A stretch of DNA of 64,000 nt from Candidatus Aenigmatarchaeota archaeon (GCA_016932215.1 JAFGDH010000019.1:1817-65816), one strand, 5' to 3'. Counted from the stretch's first letter, positions 1 to 9,882 are shown. Translations and numbers: made by a program. Notes: a model not told the origin generated them from the sequence alone.

Positions 1-41
1 GGGGGCTTCTTTTGCTTTCCCGTATAGCATTATTGTACGTA

Positions 42-218
42 TTACAAAGAACCTGTCCTGTGAGGATTCACTTCTTTCCAGTATTTCTTGAAAACGGTCT
101 TGAAAGCGTCTCCGGTGATAGCGATTCCGTTCGCGTGCCTGAAACAGCAGGAGGTGCCGAGATAAACATATTCATTCCCGCTTCCGAGATCAACATAACC
201 TTCCCATTCCAATGCCAT
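42..218 (-). CDS. small hypothetical protein (58 aa), below ORF-track cutoff
   Basis: Hand translation of the minus strand runs from ATG (rc) at 218 to TAA at 42-44. It reads MALEWEGYVDLGSGNEYVYLGTSCCFRHANG... The ORF is divergent from the Cas4-like gene. No family recognised. Confidence 0.3.
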   Translation of the reverse strand: MALEWEGYVDLGSGNEYVYLGTSCCFRHANGIAITGDAFKTVFKKYWKEVNPHRTGSL

Positions 219-300
219 GTTTAAACCATTAGATGCAAATTTTTTATACCTTTCTTTGGACAGGATTCTCTTTAAAACATTTTCTTACCAACTATAACCC

Positions 301-969
301 ATGATAGGTTTTGGGGACATGATCACTCGTCATCTCGCGAGGGAAAAACGGACGAAAGACGTTGGACGTTATTATCCCTCTGAAATAGGCGGATGCCTGC
401 GAAAGGTCTGGTTCTCTTACAGGTTTCCCAAGGATGTTGATCCTGAAGTGATCAAGATATTCCACCTTGGTAACATGATCCACGACTTCGTGGCGGAAGT
501 GATGAAGAGCGAGAAGAACCCGGAAGTCACACTCGTCGGGGAGGAGGTACCGTTTACCATAGAGGACGGCGATTTCACGATCTCCGGCAGGATCGACGAC
601 ATAGTCATGCTGGAAGGCGAAGATGAGAAGATACTCGTGGAAGTAAAATCCACGAAGATGACCGACATTCTCGACGGACCCAAGGACGAGCACGTCATGC
701 AGCTCCAGCTGTACATGTACGCCATGAAGATATTCCGGGGTATTGTCCTGTACATAGAGAAAAACACGCTCAAAACGAAGGAATTCGAGGTCAAATATGA
801 CCAGAATTCGGTCAACGAGGTGATGAAACGCTTCCGCGCGCTCCACGCCAACCTCAAGGCAGAGACCGTCCCTCCCGCCGAGGCGAAGGAGAACCCGGAC
901 AAGAGATGGATGTGCAAGTACTGCGACTATCTGGAAGAATGCCAGAGAGCCGAGATAGATGGAAATTAG
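301..969 (+). CDS. Cas4-like PD-(D/E)XK nuclease with 4-Cys Fe-S motif (stand-alone)
   Basis: N-terminal Cys (EIGGCLRK). RecB-type motif GRIDDI...LVEVKS. QxxxY (QLQLYMY). C-terminal CX2CX5C (CKYCDYLEEC). Size of 222 aa is typical of Cas4. Confidence 0.8.
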   Translation: MIGFGDMITRHLAREKRTKDVGRYYPSEIGGCLRKVWFSYRFPKDVDPEVIKIFHLGNMIHDFVAEVMKSEKNPEVTLVGEEVPFTIEDGDFTISGRIDDIVMLEGEDEKILVEVKSTKMTDILDGPKDEHVMQLQLYMYAMKIFRGIVLYIEKNTLKTKEFEVKYDQNSVNEVMKRFRALHANLKAETVPPAEAKENPDKRWMCKYCDYLEECQRAEIDGN

Positions 970-1011
970 GCTATTTTTATCATTTATAAATAGTAAAATA
1001 CTATATATTAT

Positions 1012-1794
1012 ATGGGTGTTAAGTTCACATCTTGCATCAGCGAAGGCTTCGGCAATTCAGTCGCCGGAATGGATGAAGCATTTAAGTACAAAGAAGTTGA
1101 CAGAATGAGCACTGCTTACTTCCACCCGGAAGGCGCAAGCTTTGTTTTCTCACTCACTTTTCCCGAAATGAACGTTTTCAGGGTGTTTCTCATCCCGAAA
1201 GGAAAGGACCCGGTGGATTACAGTTACGAGTGGCCCGTTATCACCGGAAGAGGAATGACACAGCATGATAATTTTTTCAGGGAGTCATCCGAAAAAATGA
1301 ATAATGGTTACGAAAACCTGGGTTCCCTTGTAGAAGAAGGATGGGATAGGGTATGGATGATGATAGGTCCGGGAATGGAAAAACTTACTCCCCATATCCT
1401 GACTGTAAAAAACGAAAGGGGTAGCTCAGCACCCGTTTTGGTTTCGGAACCCGTTGATTACGGTATTTTAGGGTCATCACTGATTGAAATGAGCCAAATT
1501 GTAAATGATATGGGATACAGTGAAATGAAACTGAACGGGGTTTATCCGGATAATTCTGTTAAAACCGCAATGGAAAGAATACAGATAATGACAGATAATC
1601 CGAGAATGATACACAGCAAATTCAGATTGGGTGAGGATCCAACACCGCCTGAGTTTTCCGGGTATTCCAAGAATGTTTTCGCTGCCGTGGACTGCCAGGC
1701 AGCCGGCCTGTACACTGAAGACGATAAGAACATCAGGAAAATACTTTCCGGTTTCATGCATCCTGACCATAAAAATAATATTTTCGTGATCTGA
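1012..1794 (+). CDS. hypothetical protein, tandem paralog A
   Basis: 260-aa ORF that aligns end to end with the next ORF. Shared blocks: HPEGAxF, WPxITGR, GPGMxxLTPH, PVLxSEPxxYG and a C-terminal FxHPD...F tail. Confidence 0.7.
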   Translation: MGVKFTSCISEGFGNSVAGMDEAFKYKEVDRMSTAYFHPEGASFVFSLTFPEMNVFRVFLIPKGKDPVDYSYEWPVITGRGMTQHDNFFRESSEKMNNGYENLGSLVEEGWDRVWMMIGPGMEKLTPHILTVKNERGSSAPVLVSEPVDYGILGSSLIEMSQIVNDMGYSEMKLNGVYPDNSVKTAMERIQIMTDNPRMIHSKFRLGEDPTPPEFSGYSKNVFAAVDCQAAGLYTEDDKNIRKILSGFMHPDHKNNIFVI

Positions 1795-1795
1795 T

Positions 1796-2569
1796 ATGAC
1801 CGTAAAACTCAATGCTTATCTTTTCGGAGAGCAAGTTCCTGATCTAAAGGAGGCGCTCCGGTACAAGAAATTAAATTACGATAGTCATCTCCTCATCCAT
1901 CCGGAAGGCGCTGATTTCATGTTCGTGAGCAGGAACGTCGGAAGGTACAGCAATTTCCTCATATACAGCATCCCTGAAGGGATGAGTATAAAGGATTTTG
2001 ATAACCTGACGTGGCCGATAATAACCGGCAGGGATATCAATGCATACGGGAAGCATTTCGTTTGCGCTCCCCGTTTCGGGCATAAAAAGTTCCTGAAGAA
2101 TATTCTTAAAAAAGGTGGCGACAAAACATGGTTCATTGTAGGCCCTGGGATGGATCAGCTGACTCCGCATCTGGCTGAAATCAAGGAAAGCAGCGGAAAC
2201 TATGGTCCTGTTCTGATATCAGAACCCCTGAATTACGGTCTTATGGATGATTCTCTCGTCACCCTGCGGGATTACATGGTTTCCAATGAATTCACGGAGC
2301 CTTATCTCATAGACGTCGATCCGGAGGGTACGGTGGACGAGGCCAGGAGAAGGATAAGGATCATAACCGAATCCCCGAAAATCGTCCGGTGGAAAGGCAG
2401 GTTCGGGATAAGCAGGCCTCCGGAAAGGATAAGAGAACATAAAGGCCATGTCTACGCCGTGGTCGATTTCCAGGCCGCGAAAGAGCATTCAATTGACCCC
2501 CGCGGGACCGAGGAGAAGCTTAAGAAGTTCCTCCACCCCGATTACAGCGACAATTTCTTCATCTTTTAG
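1796..2569 (+). CDS. hypothetical protein, tandem paralog B
   Basis: 257 aa. The ATG lies 1 nt after the upstream TGA (ctgatATG). Shares the same conserved blocks as paralog A. Confidence 0.7.
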   Translation: MTVKLNAYLFGEQVPDLKEALRYKKLNYDSHLLIHPEGADFMFVSRNVGRYSNFLIYSIPEGMSIKDFDNLTWPIITGRDINAYGKHFVCAPRFGHKKFLKNILKKGGDKTWFIVGPGMDQLTPHLAEIKESSGNYGPVLISEPLNYGLMDDSLVTLRDYMVSNEFTEPYLIDVDPEGTVDEARRRIRIITESPKIVRWKGRFGISRPPERIREHKGHVYAVVDFQAAKEHSIDPRGTEEKLKKFLHPDYSDNFFIF

Positions 2570-2610
2570 CCGTCTTTGAACTTATAAAAGTTGCTTTTAA
2601 TTGTAATCCT

Positions 2611-2859
2611 ATGAGCAGAGGAAGACTGAAATTGTACCTGGAACCTGGCTGCGATCCGGGAGACGTTCTGGGATTCTTAGGGCTGCCAAAGACCTATCCG
2701 GTCGATTTCAAGAGCGGAATCAGCGGGGACGAGCCGAGGAGCATGACCGTTCCAAGCCAGTGGAGTCCGGGCGCTTTTGACGACGCAGAAGCAATGAGGG
2801 AAAGGGCCAATAAGTTCGGAATGGTTTATTCTGATAAGACGGAAATTCTCAGGTGTTAA
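2611..2859 (+). CDS. hypothetical protein (82 aa)
   Basis: ORF only. The competing antisense ORF 2677..3216 overlaps the MFS gene and looks spurious. Confidence 0.35.
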   Translation: MSRGRLKLYLEPGCDPGDVLGFLGLPKTYPVDFKSGISGDEPRSMTVPSQWSPGAFDDAEAMRERANKFGMVYSDKTEILRC

Positions 2860-2892
2860 AATTATATACCGGTTCTTTACGAATAATAAAGC

Positions 2893-4038
2893 ATGGAAAG
2901 GGACAGAAAGGGACTGATGGCTCCCGACATGATAGTATTTTTTAGCTCTGCTCTGTTCTTCATGGTGATGTGGTTCCTTCCGCTGCTGTTCGTCGACATA
3001 GGGCTGAGCGGCGTCCAGATAGGAATCCTTCTTTCGGTTTACATGTTCGTCTCCCTCTTCAGCTCCTTCCCGATAGGGGTGATAAACGACCGTTTCTCCA
3101 TCCGGGAGGTCATATTCGCCGGCCTGATACTCTCCTCCCTTTTCATGTTCGGGTTTTCCGTCCTGAAAGGGTTCTGGTTTTTTATGCTCTATTACGCCAT
3201 GGGCGGCCTGGGGCACAACATGGTCAACACATCCCTGAGAAGCCTTATATACAAGCTGTCCAGGAGAAGGAGCGAGGACATGAATCTTGGGGTTTTCCAG
3301 TTTTTCATGTCTTTTGGCGCCAGCATAGGGTATATTGTCGGGGGTTTCCTTATCTTCATTCTCGACTTTGACCTGACCCTTATAATCGGATCCCTTCTCA
3401 TATTTATCCTCTCATTTTTATCCTTTCTCGTGCCGAAGGTGGACATCAGGAAGTTTTCTTTCTGGGAATACAAGCACAGCCTCCTGAAGAAATCGGTCTT
3501 CCTTCTCCTGTTTCCGGTGTTCCTTTTCGGAACCCACTGGGGTGCTGAGCAGACGTCTTACAGCCTTTTCCTGAGGAATTTCCTCGGTCTTGACATCTTC
3601 TATTCCGGTCTTTACATGGGCTTCAGCCTGATGGCAATGGCGATAGGCGGGATTTACGCAGGGAAGCACATAAACAAGACCCGATACCCGAAAAAGCTAT
3701 TCCTTCTTGGCATCCTGATGTCCGGGGTTTTCAGCATCCTTATGGCAAACCCTAACCTTTATCTCTCTTTCCTTTCGAGGTTCCTTCACGAGATCGGCGA
3801 CGGCCTGATGATGGTCAGCTATTACATAATACTTGCTGACATATTCGACAAGAAGATAATAGCCGGGGAATCCAGCATCGCCTACATGGCCCTGGTTCTC
3901 GGTGCCATTGTGGGGGCACCGATATACGGTCACATAGGATTCGTTTATGGCTACCATTTCCCCTTCATAATTTCCGGTTTCGTGAGCCTTTTCTCCCTCA
4001 TGATCATCATGGCCAGGCAGAAACTTATCAAATTCTGA
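2893..4038 (+). CDS. MFS-type transporter
   Basis: 381 aa with about 10-12 hydrophobic segments, a central basic loop (KLSRRRSED) and an overall MFS-like layout. Confidence 0.75.
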   Translation: MERDRKGLMAPDMIVFFSSALFFMVMWFLPLLFVDIGLSGVQIGILLSVYMFVSLFSSFPIGVINDRFSIREVIFAGLILSSLFMFGFSVLKGFWFFMLYYAMGGLGHNMVNTSLRSLIYKLSRRRSEDMNLGVFQFFMSFGASIGYIVGGFLIFILDFDLTLIIGSLLIFILSFLSFLVPKVDIRKFSFWEYKHSLLKKSVFLLLFPVFLFGTHWGAEQTSYSLFLRNFLGLDIFYSGLYMGFSLMAMAIGGIYAGKHINKTRYPKKLFLLGILMSGVFSILMANPNLYLSFLSRFLHEIGDGLMMVSYYIILADIFDKKIIAGESSIAYMALVLGAIVGAPIYGHIGFVYGYHFPFIISGFVSLFSLMIIMARQKLIKF

Positions 4039-4109
4039 TCTTGGCTCACTCTGGAAAACCCTGTCTTTTTAAATATAATTTTGAAACTAAGATTCAAGGC
4101 GGGATTTGG

Positions 4110-4901
4110 ATGAATTTTAGACTATTTTCCATAATATTTGTTTTTCTTTTCGTGCTGCCTGTTCTTGCTCAGTCGCTGGAGCTTGCAGGTTTCGAGAGCT
4201 TTCCCGTCTTCCTTGAGGCAGGCAAGCCGAAGGTTCTGGACGCGACCGGACCCGCTTCCGTCATGCTGGAGGTTTCCGTGAAGGAGAACGTCATCGACGG
4301 CGTCGTTTCCGTCGCTTCTTACACTGAGAACCCCGTGGAATACGGCGTCGAAGGCAAGAAATCTGCGAAATTCATAGGTGTCCACGTAAGCGACGACATA
4401 TACGGCAGTCTTGAATACATCGACCTCGAGATACATTACAATGAGGATGATGTGGCCGGCGAGGGGATAGACGAGAACACGCTCAGGATATACGAGTGGA
4501 ACGTGATGGAAAAGGAATGGAGGATGGTTTCGACGGAACTGGACCTCCACAACAACATCCTCAGGACGAGGATAAAGGAACCCGGCATGCTTTCCGTTTA
4601 CGGGAAGGAATTCCGGATGATTGACGAAAAATGTTTGGAAAGATGGATCTGCTCCGACTGGGGGGAATGCATGAACGGAGTCAGGGACAGGATATGCGAG
4701 GACATAAGCGGCTGCGGTACGCAGGATGATAAGCCCGAAGAATTCGAGGACTGCGTGGTGGAGATTGTTTCGGATGACAATCAGCCCACCGGTATGATAA
4801 TTACCGAGAGAACAAACTTGTTGGTTGTTGGGGTGGTGATCTTTCTCGTCATCGTGCTCGCTGTTCTGATCTATCTTTTCATGGTGACAGTAAAAACCTG
4901 A
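4110..4901 (+). CDS. secreted, C-terminally anchored surface protein (PGF-pre-PGF-like domain plus Cys-rich module)
   Basis: An internal ATG at 4110 gives signal peptide MNFRLFSIIFVFLFVLPVLAQS. PGF-pre-PGF-like segment (LRIYEWN..WRMVSTELD...LSVYG). Cys-rich WICSDWGECMNGVRDRICEDISGCG. C-terminal TM helix. Confidence 0.65.
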   Translation: MNFRLFSIIFVFLFVLPVLAQSLELAGFESFPVFLEAGKPKVLDATGPASVMLEVSVKENVIDGVVSVASYTENPVEYGVEGKKSAKFIGVHVSDDIYGSLEYIDLEIHYNEDDVAGEGIDENTLRIYEWNVMEKEWRMVSTELDLHNNILRTRIKEPGMLSVYGKEFRMIDEKCLERWICSDWGECMNGVRDRICEDISGCGTQDDKPEEFEDCVVEIVSDDNQPTGMIITERTNLLVVGVVIFLVIVLAVLIYLFMVTVKT

Positions 4902-4920
4902 TCATCCGGGTTCTCCCGTA

Positions 4921-5247
4921 TCATTTCTTCTTCTTGCTACGGCCTTTCTGCCTCTTCCCGGCCTCTTTTGTCTTCGTTATCGTGTATCCCTTGTCGACCC
5001 CCGAAACCTCCATGGGATGCTTAACCACGTAATAGACGGCTACCAGAATAAGAACTATCACGTATATCGCCACGAACAGGAACACCGTTATGATTATGAA
5101 CGCAAGGACACCCATCCCGGCGATCGCGATGAACGGCAGAGAAGGCGCCAGGAATTCTATTATCGCGGATCCGTAGAAAAGCGTGATCATTGCTGAAATA
5201 ATAAGTATTATCATGGCCAGGATTGTCGCCCCGCCGAGTGTCAGCAA
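4921..5247 (-). CDS. small membrane protein with Lys-rich tail
   Basis: 108 aa with three hydrophobic helices and a C-terminal KRQKGRSKKKK. Confidence 0.55.
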   Translation of the reverse strand: MLTLGGATILAMIILIISAMITLFYGSAIIEFLAPSLPFIAIAGMGVLAFIIITVFLFVAIYVIVLILVAVYYVVKHPMEVSGVDKGYTITKTKEAGKRQKGRSKKKK

Positions 5248-5269
5248 ATATCTTTTTTCAGGAATATCA

Positions 5270-6004
5270 TCACCTCTTGCCCATCGATCCGAGTATCGCT
5301 CCCGCGGCGAAACCTCCGGCCGCCCCGTGCCCCTGGGGCATGTACTCGGAAAGCTTCCCGGCGAGTTCGGATACCGGCATGCTCTGCACCCAGACCCTTC
5401 CCGGTCCCGTGCACGTCGCCAGGAACAGCCCTTCTCCGCCCCATATTATGTTCTTCACTCCCTTCACCCTTTCGACCGAATAGTCAACGGAAGCGTCGAA
5501 CATCGCAAGGTTTCCCGTGTCCACACGTATTTTTTGTCCGGGCTTGAGGTCTATAACGCTGACCTCCCCGCCCACGTTGAAGAATGACAGGCCCTGTCCA
5601 GTCAGCTTGATGAGTATCAGCCCTTCCCCTCCAAGGAATCCCGCCCCCATCTTCCTCGTCCACGTCGCGTCGAATGTGACGGACGTTTCCGAACAGAGGA
5701 ACGCGTCCTTCTGGGCTATTATCGCTTCTCCCCGCCTTATGTTGAGCGGTATTATCTTGCCGGGGAATTCGGAACCGAATGCCACTATCCCAGGCCCGGC
5801 GACCGGCGTGAATTCCACCAGGAAAAATGACTCACCGGCGAACTTCCTTTTTATCGCGGTCCAGAATCCTCCCTTCATCTTGGTGTCCATCTTGACGTTG
5901 TCGCTCATGAAAACAAGCCGGCCGCTCTCCGAAACGATCCTTTCTCCTTCGGCGAGCTCGGTGTTGAGAATCTGCATCGTTGTTCCCTGGAGATCGTACT
6001 TCAT
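5270..6004 (-). CDS. AIM24/TIGR00266 family protein
   Basis: From the internal Met (MKYDLQGTTMQILNTEL..) the sequence follows the family pattern: GESFFLVEF, GAGFLGGEGLILIKLTG, GGEGLFLATCTGPGRVWVQSMP. Confidence 0.8.
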   Translation of the reverse strand: MKYDLQGTTMQILNTELAEGERIVSESGRLVFMSDNVKMDTKMKGGFWTAIKRKFAGESFFLVEFTPVAGPGIVAFGSEFPGKIIPLNIRRGEAIIAQKDAFLCSETSVTFDATWTRKMGAGFLGGEGLILIKLTGQGLSFFNVGGEVSVIDLKPGQKIRVDTGNLAMFDASVDYSVERVKGVKNIIWGGEGLFLATCTGPGRVWVQSMPVSELAGKLSEYMPQGHGAAGGFAAGAILGSMGKR

Positions 6005-6137
6005 GTGTAATCTTTGTTTTGTTTTATAATAAATTTTCAGGAAACAAAAAACCATTTAAAACTGAAATACCATTATAATTGACTGACAGCTTTTTTTATT
6101 CAGATTAAGCTGTCCTTCGAAACACTGGGTTGATTTT

Positions 6138-6338
6138 ATGGTGAGCTGGCTGAAGAACCTGCGGGTGATGTACCATCAGAGAAGGATACAGGACCTTTCC
6201 CACGTAATAAGGGTGCTGAGGGACATGAAGCACGTGGACAACATAAAGCACATACACGACGAGGACATCCTCTTCTTCACGGGAAAGATGATGGCCCACC
6301 TGGAAAAGATACGGGAGATCCGCGGGACGAAACTATAG
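6138..6338 (+). CDS. hypothetical small protein (66 aa)
   Basis: ORF only. Basic, His-rich helical sequence. Confidence 0.35.
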   Translation: MVSWLKNLRVMYHQRRIQDLSHVIRVLRDMKHVDNIKHIHDEDILFFTGKMMAHLEKIREIRGTKL

Positions 6339-6458
6339 GGAAAGAAGCATGCTTCGCATGTTTCGTGTACTCCGGGTCGACTTTAACTGTGCCTGTGTCA
6401 AGTACCCCGGTCCGGCCTTTCCCGATCTTATTTATTAATGAGAAGCTCATAATTAACC

Positions 6459-6992
6459 ATGGTCTGGAAAAGGATAATCATCCACACACTGATGCTGTTC
6501 GTGACTACGTGGGTGATCGGTGCGGTATTCTTCCCGGTTCATTCCGATCCATGGATCAGGTCATTTCCTCTGATAGGGGAGACGTCGGCTTATTTCGTGA
6601 TCCTCATAGTGCAGCTGGCGCTGGTTTGCGTGATAATACCGATATTCTACTCGTATTTCTTCGTGAAGACGTACGAAAAGAAGATGCTCCTGATACCGCT
6701 TGTTTACGTGATCCTTTCCTTCATGGTTTTCCTGTCTTTTTCGTACACCCAGGGAGCCAGCTTCGGCGAAGTAATGAAATTCGGGACCAACGAGACCATC
6801 GATTTCGGAACAGGCATCACGGCCAGCGTTCTCGCGTCGAACCCCATATCCACGTTCTCCTCGGCGGCCGAATACTCCTTCATGGAACGGAGCGAGGTCC
6901 TCCCGTGGTATTTCAGCATAATGGCGGCGGTGATGGGGCTGATAGCCTTTTTCCTCTCGTTCTATCTTGGATTCATAAGAACCGGGGAATGA
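6459..6992 (+). CDS. integral membrane protein
   Basis: 177 aa with 5-6 hydrophobic helices. Preferred over the overlapping Arg/Gly-rich frame 6365..7039. Confidence 0.6.
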   Translation: MVWKRIIIHTLMLFVTTWVIGAVFFPVHSDPWIRSFPLIGETSAYFVILIVQLALVCVIIPIFYSYFFVKTYEKKMLLIPLVYVILSFMVFLSFSYTQGASFGEVMKFGTNETIDFGTGITASVLASNPISTFSSAAEYSFMERSEVLPWYFSIMAAVMGLIAFFLSFYLGFIRTGE

Positions 6993-7583
6993 TTAAACCC
7001 TTTTTAGCGTTTCAATCAGAGGTTCCATTTCAGGTATGAACAGGTCAGGGGCGTCTTCTATTCTTCCTTTGTACAAGTTTTCCCCTGAAAGAGAAACGGA
7101 CATCTCGTTTTCATTCGTTCCGGCATTAAAACTAAAATTGGTGAGTGACCCGGGCGGACTCCACCTGATGTGCATATTTTCTTCAGGTATCCCGCTGTTT
7201 CTGACAATGTTCATGAACCTTTGTATCGATTTGAAATGTGTTTTTGCCATGGTCAGGTAGTCTGGTGCAATCTCTCTTTCCCCTAGTGACAGCCCTTCTA
7301 CAAAATTAAAGTAAAATTCCGGTGTTATTATACCGCCTATCGGAGCGTACAATATGAGATTTTCCGGGTTCCCCAGTCTGTTCAGTGCCCTGTCCAGAAA
7401 GACCAATGACCTTTTAGTTTTTGAGTACATGAAATGGCCGCCGTAAGCACCGTCTCCGTTTGCATTTTCCGGCGCTATTACCGCCCCTATGCAGGTATGA
7501 ATGGGCGTGAATCTTGCGGTGCTTCCGCTGGGAATGTATACTGCACAATCATCCTCAGTGATTTTGTATTCCGGCATGATCAC
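6993..7583 (-). CDS. hypothetical protein (196 aa)
   Basis: Clean ORF with balanced composition. A TATA-like box lies upstream in the 7584-7676 spacer. Confidence 0.55.
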   Translation of the reverse strand: MIMPEYKITEDDCAVYIPSGSTARFTPIHTCIGAVIAPENANGDGAYGGHFMYSKTKRSLVFLDRALNRLGNPENLILYAPIGGIITPEFYFNFVEGLSLGEREIAPDYLTMAKTHFKSIQRFMNIVRNSGIPEENMHIRWSPPGSLTNFSFNAGTNENEMSVSLSGENLYKGRIEDAPDLFIPEMEPLIETLKRV

Positions 7584-7604
7584 CTCACCCTCAACTTTCT
7601 AAAT

Positions 7605-7624
7605 ATTAACTACTTAATAGTTAA
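7605..7624. promoter_or_regulatory. palindromic operator-like site TTAACTA-CTTAA-TAGTTAA
   Basis: 7-bp perfect inverted arms in the divergent spacer between 6993..7583(-) and 7677..8009(+). The 17-mer ATTAACTACTTAATAGT is identical at 36040-36056. Confidence 0.4.
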
Positions 7625-7676
7625 AATTATCCTTTATAAAGCTTATTTTTATGCTTTTTGAGACAATATAGATAGT

Positions 7677-8009
7677 ATGGTTGACAAATACCTGAATTCC
7701 GGCGAGAGAGTGATCTTCGTGACAAAGAACGAGGTCAGGGTAGGCGAGGACAAGGGCTTCCAGGCTTTCGTGACCAACCAGCGCCTGATCTTCCTCAATC
7801 GCAGAGGTTTCGTGTTCAAGAAGGACAAGATGAAAGACGCCCTTCTCAAGAACGTCAACGGCGTCAATCTGGAGGAGAAGGGGTTCCTCCGGAAACGAAA
7901 AGAAATGGAGATCCGCTCCCATGGCGAGAACTTCAGGCTGTTCGGAGACCATTCCGACCTGACCGGCCTTCACCGGGTCATAAACGAGCGGCTTGCGGCA
8001 ATTGTCTAA
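7677..8009 (+). CDS. PH/GRAM-like small domain protein
   Basis: 110 aa. The pattern GERVIFVTK...FVTNQRLIF is typical of bacterial/archaeal PH-like (bPH) domains. Confidence 0.5.
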   Translation: MVDKYLNSGERVIFVTKNEVRVGEDKGFQAFVTNQRLIFLNRRGFVFKKDKMKDALLKNVNGVNLEEKGFLRKRKEMEIRSHGENFRLFGDHSDLTGLHRVINERLAAIV

Positions 8010-8413
8010 TGTCCCTGAACGCATTTTTCGGAGACATACAGTTCCACGCTGTCCTTTATTCTTCCGCTGTTCCTTTCTTCGACGCTTGCTGTCAAAATTA
8101 CATTCTTTCCCGCGAAGCTTTTCAGGTTAATCTCCTGATCGCACTTCATATAAGTAAGACCTGTTCCGGTGTTGTGCATGTATGAACAGTCCAGAGCGGA
8201 GCCCGTGGCAACGTTCGAACCCCTTTCCGTAATGCTGAAGTCCGCGTTTCTGAGATCGTAACCGGTTGCTGTAACCACGAGATTGGTGCTTGTTCCAGTT
8301 CTTTCCCCGTCTGCGGGTTCCAGTATTTCGATGGTTGGAACGTTGTCCTGTCCGAGTGCGTTCAGGGGCATGATAGCGAGCAAAAGGATAATTAACACGA
8401 AAGCGAATTTCAT
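8006..8413 (-). CDS. secreted protein (135 aa)
   Basis: Strong SD (GGAGGTGGGAGG) before the ATG. Signal peptide MKFAFVLIILLLAIMPLNALG. Confidence 0.65.
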   Translation of the reverse strand: MKFAFVLIILLLAIMPLNALGQDNVPTIEILEPADGERTGTSTNLVVTATGYDLRNADFSITERGSNVATGSALDCSYMHNTGTGLTYMKCDQEINLKSFAGKNVILTASVEERNSGRIKDSVELYVSEKCVQGH

Positions 8414-8541
8414 CCTCCCACCTCCTGCTTGATGGTTGGAGGAAAGTCTTACCCGTGTTTCGGTTTTCTTCGGTTTTTACCGAAAAGAAATCTTCACCTG
8501 GTAATAAACGAACAGCTGCTTGTGAAGTGATAATCATTTCT

Positions 8542-8724
8542 TTACTGAGGCTCCGTTTTCCATGGGATTTCCGTGTAATTGGAGAAAACCCTGCAATAAA
8601 CGGAAGGAACCTCAATCTCGGCGCCTATTAACGTGGGTTTTCCGATGAACATGTAAAACAGCCTGGGTTCATCAGGAAAGTCTCCTATTAAATCCTTTAT
8701 TATTGCGCTTTTTGACATTTTCAT
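8542..8724 (-). CDS. hypothetical small protein (60 aa)
   Basis: ORF only. Confidence 0.3.
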   Translation of the reverse strand: MKMSKSAIIKDLIGDFPDEPRLFYMFIGKPTLIGAEIEVPSVYCRVFSNYTEIPWKTEPQ

Positions 8725-8748
8725 TTCAATACCTTGAATAAATAGAAC

Positions 8749-9780
8749 TCAGCTATTTAACTGCTTCCCGTAGCACCCACCCGAGAAGTACTGGTCGTCC
8801 GTGCAGACCGATCCGTCCGGGAGGACACATACACCGTTAGAGTATTCACCATACCTGTCCATGCAATCGCCTTTCGCCGGCGGGAGCGTTCCGGGGTATA
8901 TCCTGGAATGGCACTCCCTCTCCCTGCAGATGTATTCCGGGTTCAGGTAGTCGCACTGCTCGTCCGTCTGGCAGCATGAGGCGCAGTAGCATTCCCCGAA
9001 TTCGCTGCATTTGGCGTTCGGGTAAAGATGCGTGCACCCCATCCCCCTGCAGTCCACGTTGAACTCGCATCCCCTCGTGAGCTGGTTTATCTTGATCGAT
9101 TCCACTTTACCGTTCTCCACGACCACTATCGCCTCGTACGTGTCCACCACGTCTTTCGTGCTTGAATCGGTCACGAAGCTGTATACGTATTCCCAGCAGA
9201 ACCTGCAATCCAGCTGCCTTACGTTCTGGAAGGTGATGTCCCTCCCGTTCTTCGTCAGGTACGTCTCGCTCTTCCTGATCTCCTTTTCAGCCGTGATCTT
9301 GGACAGTTCTGCTGTGTAGGTCTTGACGAATTCGCCCCCGGAGTATTCGCATCCGAGTATTCCGTACTGCAGGTCGCAGTCCATGGTGCACTCGTTCGTT
9401 TCCTTCGGCTCCTCGCCGCTCCTGTAGCATTCGCAGTCGCACCTCGAAAGCACCGGTTCCCTGAAAGATGTGCAAAGGTCAGCCTCGTCGCAGAATCCCG
9501 GCTGCATTGCCATTTTGCACGCATCGCTTTCCTGTCCCGGAGCGACGAGAGGGCAAGAAATGACGGAATCGTCGATCGCAATCAGCTCGAAACCCTTTCC
9601 GGGGGTCTCGTAAACGACCTTCAGATAATTATCAACGCACGCGTGCACGCTTGACACTTCAGCGTTCCCGCACAGCGGTTCCGCCCTCTGGATGAAATAT
9701 CCTGTGATACATCCGGAGTTGGCTATAATGAAGATCATGCCCAGAAGCACGAATATCCACAGGAATTTATGCGTTGCCAT
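8749..9780 (-). CDS. secreted Cys-rich protein
   Basis: 343 aa. N-terminal signal/anchor (FLWIFVLLGMIFIIANSGC). More than 30 Cys. DUF333-like C-terminal end (CVLPDGSVCTDDQYFSGGC). Confidence 0.7.
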   Translation of the reverse strand: MATHKFLWIFVLLGMIFIIANSGCITGYFIQRAEPLCGNAEVSSVHACVDNYLKVVYETPGKGFELIAIDDSVISCPLVAPGQESDACKMAMQPGFCDEADLCTSFREPVLSRCDCECYRSGEEPKETNECTMDCDLQYGILGCEYSGGEFVKTYTAELSKITAEKEIRKSETYLTKNGRDITFQNVRQLDCRFCWEYVYSFVTDSSTKDVVDTYEAIVVVENGKVESIKINQLTRGCEFNVDCRGMGCTHLYPNAKCSEFGECYCASCCQTDEQCDYLNPEYICRERECHSRIYPGTLPPAKGDCMDRYGEYSNGVCVLPDGSVCTDDQYFSGGCYGKQLNS

Positions 9781-9882
9781 ATCCTTTCTATGTGGGTAAA
9801 TTTTATATACTTTTCACCATATGATAGTAAATAAAAATATTATTTTTTATGGTTCAACCATGGTTTTTATTTGTTCGGTCCA

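Noticed and set aside
2677-3216. 179-aa minus-strand ORF
   Set aside because: It overlaps the start of the MFS transporter and the 2611..2859 ORF, and has a His/Glu/Pro-rich off-frame composition.
6365-7039. 224-aa Arg/Gly/His-rich ORF
   Set aside because: It is an alternative frame of a clear multi-TM membrane protein (6459..6992), and its composition is typical of an off-frame artefact.
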